Assembly: GCF_009914755.1 (NCBI RefSeq)
Contig: NC_060936.1
Origin: the human T2T-CHM13v2.0 reference genome, Homo sapiens
Strand: one strand, 5' to 3'
Length of the DNA stretch: 64,000 bases
In this document: piece after piece, positions 1-17,871 of the stretch
Layout: each line of letters opens with the position of its first letter
How positions within the stretch are numbered: the stretch's first letter is position 1
Program-made: the position numbers and the translations under genes
Notes under the pieces: model-generated
Told to the model about the DNA's origin: nothing
Seen by the model: the letters and a program-made list of their open reading frames with translations, nothing else
The model's database searches: none

Positions 1-169
1 GCAAGGCCTGAATGAAGCTGGGCTCAGAAACCAAGTGTTTCAATGCCTTGGCCGATTTCTATCTGCTAAACTGCCCAGTCCATTGCCCAAAGGGCTGCCT
101 TCTGCCTTTGTGGCCCATGCGTAGAATTATTCCCTAGCTTAGCTGCCTTCTTCTTTTATATATATATAA

Positions 170-322
170 TTTTTTTTATGAGACTCTCTGACACCCAGGT
201 TGGAGTGCAGTAACACAAACACAGCTCACTGCAACCTGAAACTCCTGGGCTTAAGCGATCCTCCCACTTCAGCCTCCCAAGTAGCTGACACTACAGCACA
301 CACAACCACATCTGGCTAATTC
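170..322 (-). mobile_element. Old Alu monomer (FRAM/AluJ right arm)
   Basis: Diverged antisense Alu right-arm sequence starting at a T-tract. Confidence 0.75.
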
Positions 323-337
323 TGGAAAGCACTTTTT

Positions 338-1809
338 TTTTTAATTTTTTTAGTATTTATTGATCATTCTTGGGTGTTTCTCGGAGAGGGGGATTTGGCA
401 GGGTCATAGGACAATAGTGGAGGGAAGGTCAGCAGATAAACATGTGAATAAACGTCTCTGGTTTTCCTAGGCAGAGGGCCCTGCGGCCTTCTGCAGTGCT
501 TGTGTCCCTGGGTACTTGAGATTAGGGAGTGGTGATGACTCTTAACGAGTATGCTGCCTTCAAGCATCTGTTTAGCAAAGCACATCTTGCACCGCCCTTA
601 ATCCATTTAACCCTTAGTGGACACAGCACATGTTTCAGAGAGCACGGGGTTGGGGGTAAGGTTATAGATTAACAGCATCCCAAGGCAGAAGAATTTTTCT
701 TAGTACAGAACAAAATGGAGTCTCCTATGTCTACTTCTTTCTACACAGACACAGTAACAATCTGATCTCTCTTTCTTTTCCCCACATTTCCCCCTTTTCT
801 ATTCGACAAAACCGCCATCGTCATCATGGCCCATTCTCAATGAGCTGTTGGGTACACCTCCCAGACGGGGTGGCGGCAGGGCAGAGGCACACCCCACCTC
901 CCAGACGGGGCGGCGGCTGGGCGGGGGCTGCCCCCCACCTCCCCGACGGGGCGGCTGGCTGGGTGCCCCCCACCTCCCGGACGGGGCGGCTGCTGGGCGG
1001 AGACGCTCCTCACTTCCCAGACTGGGCGGCTGCCGGGCGGAGGGGCTCCTCACTTCTCAGAGGGGGTGGCCGGTCAGAGACGCTCCTCACCTCCCAGACG
1101 GGGTGGCGGTGGGGCAGAGACACTCCTCAGTTCCCAGACGGGGTCGAGGCCTGGCAGAGGTGCTCTTCACATCTCAGATGGGGTGGCGGGGCAGAGGCGC
1201 TGCCCACATCCCAGACGATGGGCGGCCGGGCAGAGACGCTCCTCACTTCCTAGACGGGATGACGGCCGGGAAGAGGCGCTCCTCACTTCCCAGACTGGGT
1301 GGCCCGGCAGAGGGGCTCCTCACATCCCAGACGATGGGCGGCCAGGCAGAGACGCTCCTCACTTCCTAGATGGGGTGGCGGCCGGGCAGAGGCTGCAATC
1401 TCGGCACTTTGGGAGGCCAAGGCAGGCAGCTGGGAGGTGGAGGTTGTAGCGAGCCGAGATCACGCCACTGCACTCCAGCCTGGGCAACATTGAGCACTGA
1501 GTGAGCGAGACTCTGTCTGCAATCCCGGCTCCTCGGGAGGCCGAGGCTGGCAGATCATTCGCGGTCAGGAGCTGGAGACCAGCCCGGCCAACACGGTGAA
1601 ATCCCGTCTCCACCAAAAAATACGAAAACCAGTCAGGCGTGGCGGCGCGCGCCTGCAATCCCAGGCACTCAGCAGGCTGAGGCAGGAGAATCAGGCAGGG
1701 AGGTTGCAGTGAGTCGAGATGGCGGCAGTACAGTCCAGCCTCGGCTCGGCATCAGAGAGAGACCGTGCAGAGAGGGAGAGGGGTGAGGGGACAGGGGAGA
1801 GGGGAGAGG
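338..1809 (-). mobile_element. SVA retrotransposon, older subfamily (SVA_A-C-like), short VNTR
   Basis: Poly-T, SINE-R (~355-840), GC-rich VNTR (~850-1390), Alu-like domain (~1390-1760), (GAGAGG)n hexamer end; ACTTTTT on both flanks, right copy followed by AAAA (L1 endonuclease TTTT/AA site). Confidence 0.95.
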
Positions 1810-2700
1810 ACTTTTTAAAAATCCTTTTGTAAAACAGTGCTAATCTTCAAAGAAAACCACTGAATGAGAAACAGGCCTGACTTGTGGGAGAACTTCGCAA
1901 CCCAGCTGAGGGGTTCAGCCCACTCCCTAGCTGCTGCAAAAGATTTCAATATTGTCTGTCCTTTAGAAATAGGAAACATTTTCTTAGATCTGAGTTGGGG
2001 CAAATGACATCTACTGCAGCAGGGGATGACAGAGGTGACACAAAAGAAAGTATTTCTCAAGCACTAATGGCTCAATGAATAAAAAATTGTAGGTCCTTAA
2101 TATGTGATATGGTTTGGCTGTGTCCCCACCCAAATCTCATCTTGAATTGTGGTTCCCATAATCTCCACGTGTGGTGGGAGGGACCCAATGGGAAGTAATT
2201 GAATCATGGAGGTGGTTTCCCTCATGCTGTTCTCATGATAGTAAGTTCTCACAAGATCTGATGGTTTTATAAGGGGCTTCCCAATTCACTCGGTTCTCAT
2301 TCTCTCTCCTGCCACCATGTGAAGAAGGATGTGTTTGTTTCCCCTTCTGCCATGATTGTAAGTTTCCTGAGGCCTCCCCAGTCATGCCGAACTGTGAGTC
2401 AAACCTCTTTCCTTTATAAATTACCCAGTCTTGGATATGTCTTTATTAGCAGTGTGAGAACAGACTAATACAGTAAATTGGTACCACACAGAGTGGAGCA
2501 CTGCTGTAAAGATACCCAAAAATGTGGAAGCAATTTTGGAACTGGGTAACAGGCAGAGGTTGGAGCAGTTTGGAGGGCTCAGAAGAAAAATGGAAAATGT
2601 GGGAAAGTCTGGAACTTCCTAGAGACTTGCAGAATGGCTTTGACCAAAATGCTGATAGTGATATGAACAATTAAGTCCAGGCTGAGGTGGTCTCAGATGG

Positions 2701-3726
2701 TGATATGGTTTTGTTCCTGGACCAAACTGAGGGTCGAGCTGCTATTTCTCGTGGCCCAATAATGAGATGCAGAGGAACTGGGGAGCAAGAGAGTTTTTAT
2801 TTCTGTAGCCAGCTACTGGGAGAAGGCCTGGAAATTATCACCAGACCAACTCAAAATTACAAAGTTTTCCAGAGCTTACATGCCTTCTAAGCTGTATGTC
2901 TACATGTAAGTGTATATTTATCTAAACACATAAGTGATTAACTTCTTTTAATCTATAACTAAGATCTGAGTCCTGAAGACCTTTCTCTGGAGCCTCAGTA
3001 AATTTACTTAATCTAAATGGGTCAAGGTGCTGGGGTGATTACCCTTATCTTGTCTCCCACTAAATCATGGAGGTTTGGGGAGTTCCTTCAGACCCCCAAT
3101 AAACTTGTTTGTGGAGGCCTGGGGAGTTTCTTCAGACCCACAATAAAACTTGTTTAATCCTAAATGGGTCCTGTTAAGAATTCCTGTTATTTTGTCATGC
3201 ATTAAGGCCCAAGAAAGGCGTAGGCAAAACTCTTGACGGGCTACTGTTACATCCCAGCCTTTGTATAAGGGCACTGGCTTTTAATATTTAACTTAACCAC
3301 TCAGTCAGTACTGAAACAGTTGTTATGGAGGCCTGCATTAGTGAGACCTGGCCTGCCACAGTTTGGCTGTGTCCCCACCCAATCTCATTTTGAATTGTAG
3401 TTCCCATAATCCCCACATGTTGTGGGAGGGACCTGGGGGGAAGTAATTGAAACACGAGGGCAGTTACCCCCATGCTGCTGTTCTCATGATAGTGAGTGAG
3501 TTCTCACAAGATGTGATGGTTTTATAAGTGGCTCTTCCCCCTTTTGCTCATCACTTCTCCTTTCTGCCATCATGTAAAGAAGGACATGTTTGCTTCCCCT
3601 TCCACCATGATTATAAGTTTCCTGAGGCCTCCCCAGCCACGTGGAACTGTGAGTCAATTAAACCTCTCTCCTTTATAAATTACCCAGTCTTAGTCATTTA
3701 TAGCAGCATGAGAACAGACTAATACA
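2701..3726 (+). mobile_element. Solo THE1 LTR inserted in the THE1 internal region, itself split by an ERV1 LTR
   Basis: TGATATGGTTT at 2701 resumes at 3361 and ends TAATACA at 3726; perfect TSD GATGG at 2696-2700 and 3727-3731. Confidence 0.9.
2712..3360 (-). mobile_element. ERV1-class solo LTR (PABL_A-like)
   Basis: TG...CA termini, 649 bp, minus-strand start TGTGGCAGGCCAGGTCTCACTAA; perfect 4-bp TSD GTTT at 2708-2711 and 3361-3364; family name from recall. Confidence 0.75.
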
Positions 3727-5786
3727 GATGGAGATAAGGAACTTGTTGGGAACCCGGAGTAAAGGGCACTCTTGCTTTGCAAACAGACTGGCGGCATTTT
3801 GCTGTGGAACTTTGAACTAGAGAGAGATGTTTTAGGGTACCTGGCAGAAAAAAATCTCTAAAGCAGCAAAGCATTCAAGAGGTGACATGGCATAAAAGTT
3901 TGGAAAATGTGCAGCCTGACAATGCAGTAGAAAAGAAAACCCCATTTTCTGGGTAGAAGTTCAAGCCAGCTGCAGAAATTTGCATAAGTAATGGGGAGTC
4001 AAATGCTAATCGCTAAGACAGTGGGGAAAATACCTCCAGGGCATGTCAGAGATTTTCACAGCAGCCCCTCCCATCACAGGGCCGCAGGCCTAGGAGGAAA
4101 AAAAATGGTTTCTTGGGTTGGGTCCAGGGCCCCGTGGCTATGTGCAGCCTCAGGACTTGGTGCCCTGTGTCCCAGCTGCTCCAACCATGGCTGGGGCCGA
4201 GGTACAGCTCAGGCCATGGCTTCAGAGGGTGCAAGCCCCAAGTCTTGGCAGTTTCCACTTGGTGTTGAGCCTGCGGGTGCACAGAAGTCAAGAACTGAGG
4301 TTTGGGAGCCTCCACCTAGATTTCAGAGGATGTATGGAAATGCCTGGATGCCCAGGCAGAAGTTTACTGCAGGGGCAGAGCTCTCATAGAGAATCTCTGC
4401 TACAGCAGTGCAGAAGAGAAATGTGAGTTGGAGCCCACACACAGATTCCCCACTGGGGCACTGTCTAGTGGAGCTGTGAGAAAAAGACTACCGTCCTCCA
4501 GACACCAAGATGGTAGACCCACTGACAGCTTTTCCACCCTTGCACCTGGAAAAGCCACAGACACTCAACACCAGCCATTAAAACAGCTGGGAGGGGGGCT
4601 GTACCCTGCAAAGCCATGGGGATGGAGCTACCCAAGGCCATGGGAGCCCACCTCTTGCATCAGTGTGACCTGGATGTGAGACATAAAGTCAAAGGAGATC
4701 ATTTTGGAAATTTGAGGCTTAGTGACTGCCCTATTGGATTTCAGACTTGCATGGGTCCTGTAGCCCCTTTGTTTTGGCCAATTTCTCCCATTTGGAATGG
4801 GTGTGTTTACTCAATGACTGTACCCCCATTTATCTAGGAAGTAACTAACTTGCTTTTGATTTTACAGGCTCATAGGCAGAAAGGACTTGCCTTGTCTCAG
4901 ATAAGACTTTGGACTTGGACTTTTGGGTTAATGCTGAAATGAGCCAAGACTTTGGGGGTCTGTTGGAAAGGCATGATTGTGTTTTGGAATGTGAGGGCAT
5001 GAGATTTGGGAGGGGCCAGGGTGGAAAAATATTGTTTGGCCATATCCCCACCCAAATCTCATCTGGAATTGTAGTTCCCATAATCACCACGTGCGGAGGG
5101 AGGGACCTGGTGGGAGGTAATTTGAATCATGGGGGCGATTTCCCCCATGCTATTCTCATGATAGTGAGTAAGTTCTCACAAGATCTGGTGGTTTTATAAG
5201 GGGATTCCCCCTTTACTCAGTGCTCATTCTCTCTCCTGCCACCCTGTGAAGAGGTGTCTTCCACCATGATTGTAAGTCTCCTGAGACCTCTGCAGGCATG
5301 CTGAACTGTGAGTGAATTAAACCTCTTTCCTTTATAAATTACCCAGTCTCAGGTATGTCTTTATTTTCAGCATGAGAACACAGTAATACATTATGTATGT
5401 CACTTAACCAAGAAAGAAGTTTTCTTCATTGTCACAGATTCATATCCTCATAGTGTTCTTTGGAGATACTTCTAATACAAGGCAGTCTCTTGTTTGTTTG
5501 GGTTATTTTTCTTTTTTAGGTTGCAAAAGTGTGTTAAAAACTCCAAAAAATATGTAAATATGTAATATATAAATAATATATAAATAAAATATGTAAAAAT
5601 ATGTAAATATAAAAAAGTGTAGGTAGCTTGCCCTCAAGGAGGGAAGACATAACCCCCTACTCCTTAAGTGTGGGCTACAGATAGTGACTTTCTAGACAGG
5701 AAAGGAAAAGAACAACTTTACCATACAGCAACCTGACAAACACACCACCTCAGGCAGGTGACTGTGGTCAACATTGACAGTGACAG

Positions 5787-5997
5787 CCCTTTATAAAACC
5801 ACCAGATCTTGTGAGAACTTACTATCATGAGAATAGCATGGGGGAACCGCCCCCATGATTCAATTACCTCCCACGGGGTCCCTCCCACCACACGTGGTGA
5901 TTATGGGAACTACAATTCAAGATAAGATTTGGGTGGGGACACAGCCAAACCATATCATTCCACCCCAGCCCCTCCCAAATCTCATGTACTCACATTT
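5787..5997 (-). mobile_element. THE1 fragment (internal/3'LTR junction plus first half of LTR), inverted
   Basis: Reverse complement resembles ~4990-5200. Confidence 0.8.
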
Positions 5998-6073
5998 CCT
6001 CTATGGCCTTCCTCCCAAAATCCATAACCCCAGACTAATCATGATAAAAACATCAGATAAAGTGGAATAACAG

Positions 6074-6375
6074 GGCCAGGTGCGGTGGCTCACGCCTGTA
6101 ATCCCAGCACTTTGGGAGGCCAAGGTGGGTGGATCACGAGGTCAGGAGATCAAGACCATCCTGGCTAACATGGTGAAACCCCATCTCTACTAAAAATACA
6201 AAAAAATTAGCCGGGCGTGGTGGCGGGCCCCTGTAGTCCCAGCTACTCAGGAGGCTGAGGCAGGAGAATGGCGTGAACCCGGGAGGCAGAGTTTTCAGTG
6301 AGCCAAGATTGCGCCACTGCACTCCAGCCTGGGTGACAGAGTGAGACTCCATCTCAAAAAAAAAAGAAAACAAAA
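6074..6375 (+). mobile_element. Alu (AluY-like)
   Basis: Full dimeric Alu with A tail. Confidence 0.9.
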
Positions 6376-7124
6376 TTTCAATAACAGTGCACCCTAAAAA
6401 CACCTAACTACTCTACTCCTTGAAATTGTCAAGATCATCAAAAACAGGAAAGTCTGAGAAATTAGGAAGACATGACAACTGGATGTAATATGTTATCCTG
6501 GATGGAATCCTGAAACAAAAAAAAAAGACATTAAATGAAAACTAAGAAAATCTGACTAAAGTACAGACTTGAATTAATAATAATGTATCAATATTGGTTC
6601 ATTAATTGTGAAAAATGTACCTACTAATTTAAGACAATAATAAAGGAAACTGGGTGTGGAGTATATGGGAATCACATGTACTATCTTAGCAATTTTTCTA
6701 TAAATTCACAACTATTCTAAAACGAAATGTTATTCTTTAAACGTTTTTTGACATAGAAGTTTATAATGTATTGCTAAATGATAAGATTAAAAATATTAAA
6801 TTTTCAATAAAATATGTATTCAGATCAATACATGACAGATAGATATATATACATCTGGATAAAATATGTATCTAGATGTATAAAATATATGTATTCAGAT
6901 CAATAGATAATAGATAAATAGACACATACATACCAAAGTATTAACAATGATAAGCTCTAAGTGGAATGGATTTGGGTGTTCATTATGTTGTTTTGGTTTT
7001 ATATTTTTATATTTGAGATCCACTAATCATACAATAGGAAAAAATAGTGTATAAAACATTTAAACAAAATGATAGAATGTTTTATTTTGATTTTTTTAAG
7101 AAAGGATATATACATATATATATA

Positions 7125-7851
<727 letters not shown>

Positions 7852-7942
7852 CCTTATTTTGACATTTTTAACGCCTATTTTTAACCAATTGTGCCTACTT
7901 TACGCCTTTAGAAATGTTTTATCAATAGTTTTATTTTGTAGT

Positions 7943-8921
<979 letters not shown>

Positions 8922-9859
8922 GTTAGTGCACATTTTTTAAATGCATGCGTGGTAGAAAGGCTACAAGCAGAACACAGAGTGCTAAGTACTTACATTGTTT
9001 CCAGCTTTATGATGTTCAAAATTTCTGAAATTTCTGGTTAAGGTGAGTCAAAAATAAAAATAAGAAGGAGTAGAGTCTGAAAAATGGACCAAAAATTGAA
9101 GTTTTGTTTGCTTTTCCCAAAAATCTGCTGTTCTGGAGCCGGTTCAAATGGGGTCATATCGCCCCCGTGTGGTAAATCTCTGAACAGCCATGTTCAACAA
9201 GGCGTCCCCCGTCCCTGAGCTGCCTGGGAGACGGTAAAGGCGGTCTTGAACATCTTCTACTGGTCCAAACCCTTCATTCTGCACAGGAGGACGATGAAGT
9301 CGAGAAGAACTCATTTAGTTTACCCAAGATCAATTAGTGAATTAATGACTGAGCTAAGACCAGTAATAATATATATCATGTATGGGACACGGCACTGTTG
9401 CATAAATCACCACCTGATACAAAGTTTAAATAATCCCACTCTGCTGATGAGGAAACTGGGGTGAGAGAAATGAAGTTCCTTGTTCGAGGTCACACAGCCC
9501 TACAGCAACAGAGCCAGACCCAAACTTAGTCTATCTGACCCCTAAGCCAGTGGAACTAGACACTATAAACCCAGCCTCCAAACACAATGCCCACCCCACC
9601 TGTCTCTGTAACGTGTCTGCATCTGGGTCACAGAAAGAAGATGCCTTGGAGACACCTGCTCTTATTCCATCATGTGGCAGAAGAGGAAACAAAGGCAGAG
9701 AAGAATATGGTTTATCCACAGTCACTAAGGGTCAGAGCTGGGGCTTGATCCCATGACTCCAGGATGCTGGTGTAATGCTGTCTCTAGGACTGTTCCACCA
9801 GCCCATCTACTGCAAGTCTATGTGTGGATGTGTGCCTTGTGTTGAATGTGTCAAGGTCC

Positions 9860-9885
9860 GTGTGAGTGTGTGTGTGTGTGTGTGC
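9860..9885. repeat. (GT)n microsatellite
   Basis: Direct reading. Confidence 0.85.
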
Positions 9886-12474
9886 ATGCGCAGGACAATC
9901 CTACCCACAGAAAGAGTAGCCGGGAAAGCCCAGAGTAATCCCCACCAGTAAAGGTAGCTTTTCCAATCAGCACCTGTTCCACAGCAGAGCCATGAAGTCA
10001 GAGACAGGGATCAAAGTTTAGGGGAAGGAAGGGGCCATTGGTGATGTAAGGTACCACAACTGGGCCCCTGAGAGACTGAGGGTGCTTCCATGGGTGCAAG
10101 ATCCCAGAGACTTACTTCACTGAAGTCCAGAGTGCAAAGCTCAGAGGGTCAAATAGGCCACCATGGGATCAGACATTGTACGAATAGGAAGAGTTTAAGC
10201 CACAAGCCTGCCTTCCCCAAGACAGAAGCCTCTTCCATGCTCCTGCCTCAGCAGCAGAACTCAGTGTCTCTACAGGGATCCTGGGGGAGGAACAGGCACA
10301 TTGAGATAGGGGACAAAGATGGTGCAAGAAGTGGCCCTGGCAGGAGAGTGTCAAGCATGGCCAGAGATAGGGGCAGAATTTCCCTGATGCTCCCATGGCA
10401 GGGGCTCCCTAAGTGCCAATGAGCTCAAGCCACAGTACCTAAGGGCAAGGTGTGAGGCAGCACAGGACAGAGGCCACAGGTCCTGTGCAAATGTATACCC
10501 GTGCACAAGACAGTCCACTCTCACTCCAGATGGGACATCCTCCAAATGGAGAAGGAAGGAATGAAGGAAGTCAAGGGGAGGGAAAATGAACTGAAGAATA
10601 ACATGAACATAAGAGAAAGGAGACCATGACCACAGAGGTCTACAAAGAAAAAACAACAAGAAAGGGGATCAGTGGCTGTTGGCCAACCCACAAAGTTAGA
10701 AGGTGAAACTGGCCTCAAGTTGTAGCTGAAGACATTGCAATTAGACCCAAGAAATTAGAATTGCAGTGGTCTCTTCCCTAGAGATCATGAAAACATATGA
10801 GGGAACAGAGCTGCTAGGAGAGGGGGCCCGAAGGTGGGCAGCACTGGGTGGTGTATTCCCACGTAAGTCTAGGGAAGCCATTTACCCTGAACCCTGCAAC
10901 TTCTTGACTCTCCTGGGCCAAATTCCGGGGTCAGGGAGCGGTTATTTGTTTGGTTTTGGTTTTTTTTCTTGCAGAAAATGTGTGAGCAAAGATCTTACCT
11001 GTGCTAAGAGCTCCTGAGAGAGTACTTGAGACAGGGGACTGGGCTCTGTAAACCCCTGAGATCCTTTTCACTCTGAAAGTCTAAGCAATAAACTGTGTAC
11101 ATCCGAATGCAACGTAATGATTAACATGTACTTTCTCCCCACAGATGCTGGGTAAGTTTTAATTAATTCCCTGGGATCAGTCAAGTCTCTCTGTTTCCCT
11201 GAGGCCTGCTCCCCAGCTCCACAGCACCCAGTGCCTCTGCCACAGTCATTACCTGCTCCAAATAGGACCATCTCCATGAAGCACAACTGTAATCACAGCC
11301 ATAATAATTCCACAATTATTTTTGTCCCTCAACATTTAAAAAAAGAAAAGATTTGCAGCCTAGCAATGAATAGAGCACTTGTGCAATTTCATTGCATCAT
11401 CTCATTTGGCACTCACATCAACCCCAGAGATAAACCTAGCAGGTATTCATTAATACTCTGGTTTAGTGATAGTAAATTAAGGAGCCAGGTGACTCCTTAG
11501 TCACCAGGCCAAAGTCACTTGGCCAACAAGAGCAGAACTCAGACTTGAAACCTAGAAGCCTAATCCCCAGCTCCCAGTCCAGGACACTCCCTAATATACC
11601 ACCCAGTCCTGCCCACCTGAGAGCCCCCTCTCCTACCAGGTCTGTTCCCACATCTGTTACTTATCCTCTGAAAGCCCAGCTTTTTCCACCACTAAAAGGC
11701 TGCAGTGTCCTGCACAGCAATCCAAGAACAGCTGATCTCCTCTAGGAACCCCCTACCTCCTCATACCCTGACTCCTCAGCACCTGCCCAGTCTCCTGGAG
11801 TGGGAAGTACACCCTATGGGGAGGTCACTGGTCCTTGCCCACAGACCTCACTATGCCTCTGTCATACCACCCACAACTCTTCCCGCCACTCCCGTCTCAC
11901 AGCTAAGGAGAGACTCGCTGCTTATATTTATTTTTTCAGAGTCCTGTTGCACAGCATAAATAGCTTACCAAGACATGTAAAACACCATGAGATGGCAGGT
12001 ATTAAAACTAGGAACAAATAAATACAAAGAAAAAAGAGACTTTAAAAAAGAAAGATGGAAATAGGGATCTAAAATCGCACCAGGAATGAACCTTAAAAAT
12101 GTGAAATACAAGACCTGTACCCTTCCTAAGGGTGAGCCACAAGTCTGACTCAAAACTGTTCAGCAGCCAACCCAAAAAGGAAAGTCTGGTCCGTTCTGAA
12201 GTTCACGGTGTCCATGAGATAAAACAGACAGATGACGCAGGGAAGCACAACTATTCTTGGAACTGAGACCAGACAAAAGTTACTCCCAAGGACACTCCTA
12301 GAGAGATGACGGTGGTTCACAGCCTTACCGTTGCCCTGACGGTGAGTTTCCCAGGATGGATTCTAAGAGCCGCCCTCGACACAGGGGAGGCCCTGGCACT
12401 GAGGGACCTCTGTGGTTGTGGGAGAGAGAGGATGCACCATGACCCTGCTCTTTCCCGATGAGTTTGTTGTAAGG

Positions 12475-12690
12475 CAGGACTGTTCAACCTTGGTACTAGT
12501 GACATTAAGGCCAGATAATTCTTTGTTGTGGGGGCTGTTCTGTGCATTGTAGGATGTTTAGCAGCATTCCTGGCCTCTGCCCACTAGATGCCAGTAGCAC
12601 CCTTCCCTCCAATTGTGATACCACAATGTCCCCAGATATGGCCAAATGTCCCCTGAGGGACAAAATTGCCCCCAGTTGAGAACCAATGAT
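12475..12690 (-). mobile_element. MER20 (hAT DNA transposon relic)
   Basis: GCCCACTAGATGCCAGTAGC and GGGACAAAATTGCCCCCAGTTGAGAACCA typical of MER20. Confidence 0.75.
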
Positions 12691-12769
12691 CCAAGAGTAG
12701 AAATCATTGTTTCTATTTTCCTTTTAACATAGAAAGGCAAAGAAGGAACATCTAGTTTTGTTTCTATTT

Positions 12770-14500
<1,731 letters not shown>

Positions 14501-14554
14501 GTCTAGTAAGTCCAACGTCTGAGCTTTCTCAGAGAAACAAGCCTATTGATTGCT

Positions 14555-15137
<583 letters not shown>

Positions 15138-16319
15138 AATATTTTAAGTAATACACTGTGGCAGCTTCAGAAATCAGATTCCTACTCCCTCAGGACTTTT
15201 TGTTGTTGCTGTTTGTTGTGGCTGCTGCTACTGCTATTGCTGCTCTCGTATGTGTATTTGTTTAGTGACTTTCCTGGACTAAGTCTGTAAATTGTGTATT
15301 CTTTGTCAGGTGTGTCTGCTTGGTTAGCTTAGCAGTCAGCTAATGCCGAAACAGAGATTTCCTTAAATGCCTTTGACCATTGAATCTCCCACCCTTTGTT
15401 GAGGAGTGTGTGTGTGCATGTGAGTGTGCGTGCGTGTGCATGTGTGTGTGTGATGCCTTCAATACTCCAATTACTCTGACCTAGGCTTCACTTGCTGCTT
15501 GCACAGGGCTTTAAGGTGAGCCAGAAGTGAGAGGTGCACAGCCTTGCACATGTGTGTTGCCTTCTAGACCCCCAGGAATAAGTAAGAGCTTTCCAAGCCC
15601 CCTATGAACATCCCCAGATTTTCTCTGTAAGATTTTGGCCAGCCTGATTTTGCCCCAGTGTGTATCACTATCTCAGGCAACTGCAATTCTTAAATTGCCA
15701 CTGATTATTTTACCAATGCTCTGGGGAAAGGGCTTTCCTCAGTGACCAAATAAAGATAAGCCCTATGAATGAGGCTTTTCCAGGGATCTTCTAGACATGT
15801 CGAATAGTGACAATTCGCTGGCAACCAGGTCTTTGGGGATCTTGAAACCCACTCTACCACCTCCAATGGCTGCTAGACCTCTGGTTTTCAGTGACTCTGG
15901 TTCCAAGGCTGCTGGTTTCAAGGCCACCATAGAGCTGGGAAGAAGGGGTGGAAACAGGACAAGTTAAAACACCACAAACCTCACCGTTCTTACAAGAGCC
16001 AGCCACTTTTCTTGAAAAAACTCTTAAGGTTGTTGTAAGCCTTTGGTTAATTTCTAGAGTTCTGAAAAACTTGATATTGACAATTTTTGCCAATGTTCTT
16101 GCTGCTCTTACAGAAGAGCAGATTTTCAGAAGTGTTTTTCCACCATTCTAGAAGTACTTTCTCCTGGTATTATGTTTTAACCACACTTCCTCAAGAGTCC
16201 CCCAGGGACTCGGGAGAGAGTGAGTCCTGAAGAAACAACCCAACAATCAAATGTAGATTGGTGGAGGCATTATGGAAAACTGTGTGGAGGTTCCTAAAGA
16301 ATTAAAAATAGAGCTATCT

Positions 16320-16450
16320 GCAGGGTGCAGTGGCTCATGCCTGTGATCCCTGACTCTTGGGAGGCTGAGGTGGTAGGATTGCTTTAAGGCCTGGAGTTCA
16401 AGACCAGCCTAGGCAACCCCATCTCTATTTCTTAATTTAAAAAAAAAAAA
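16320..16450 (+). mobile_element. FLAM/Alu monomer inside an old L1
   Basis: Single Alu left arm with A tail. Confidence 0.75.
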
Positions 16451-16492
16451 TACAACCATCTCCTCTGGGTCTTTGTAGTCAGAAAAAAAAAA

Positions 16493-17835
<1,343 letters not shown>

Positions 17836-17871
17836 CCTCTTGGTCTTTGTAGTCAGGAAAAAAAACTTTTT

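Larger units (their letters stand above)
2105..5390 (+). mobile_element. Full-length THE1 (ERVL-MaLR) element: 5' LTR 2105-2472, internal region, 3' LTR ~5026-5390
   Basis: LTRs TGATATGGTTTGGCTGTGTCCCCACCC...TAATACA; THE1-int between; flanks ATATG/TTATG (5-bp TSD, 1 mismatch). Confidence 0.9.

Noticed and set aside
364-1658. Multiple 60-170 aa ORFs
   Set aside because: By-products of the GC-rich SVA VNTR, SINE-R and Alu-like domains
10090-10720. ORFs in unique-looking DNA, possible lost gene
   Set aside because: No recognisable protein similarity in the frames I read and no convincing exon structure
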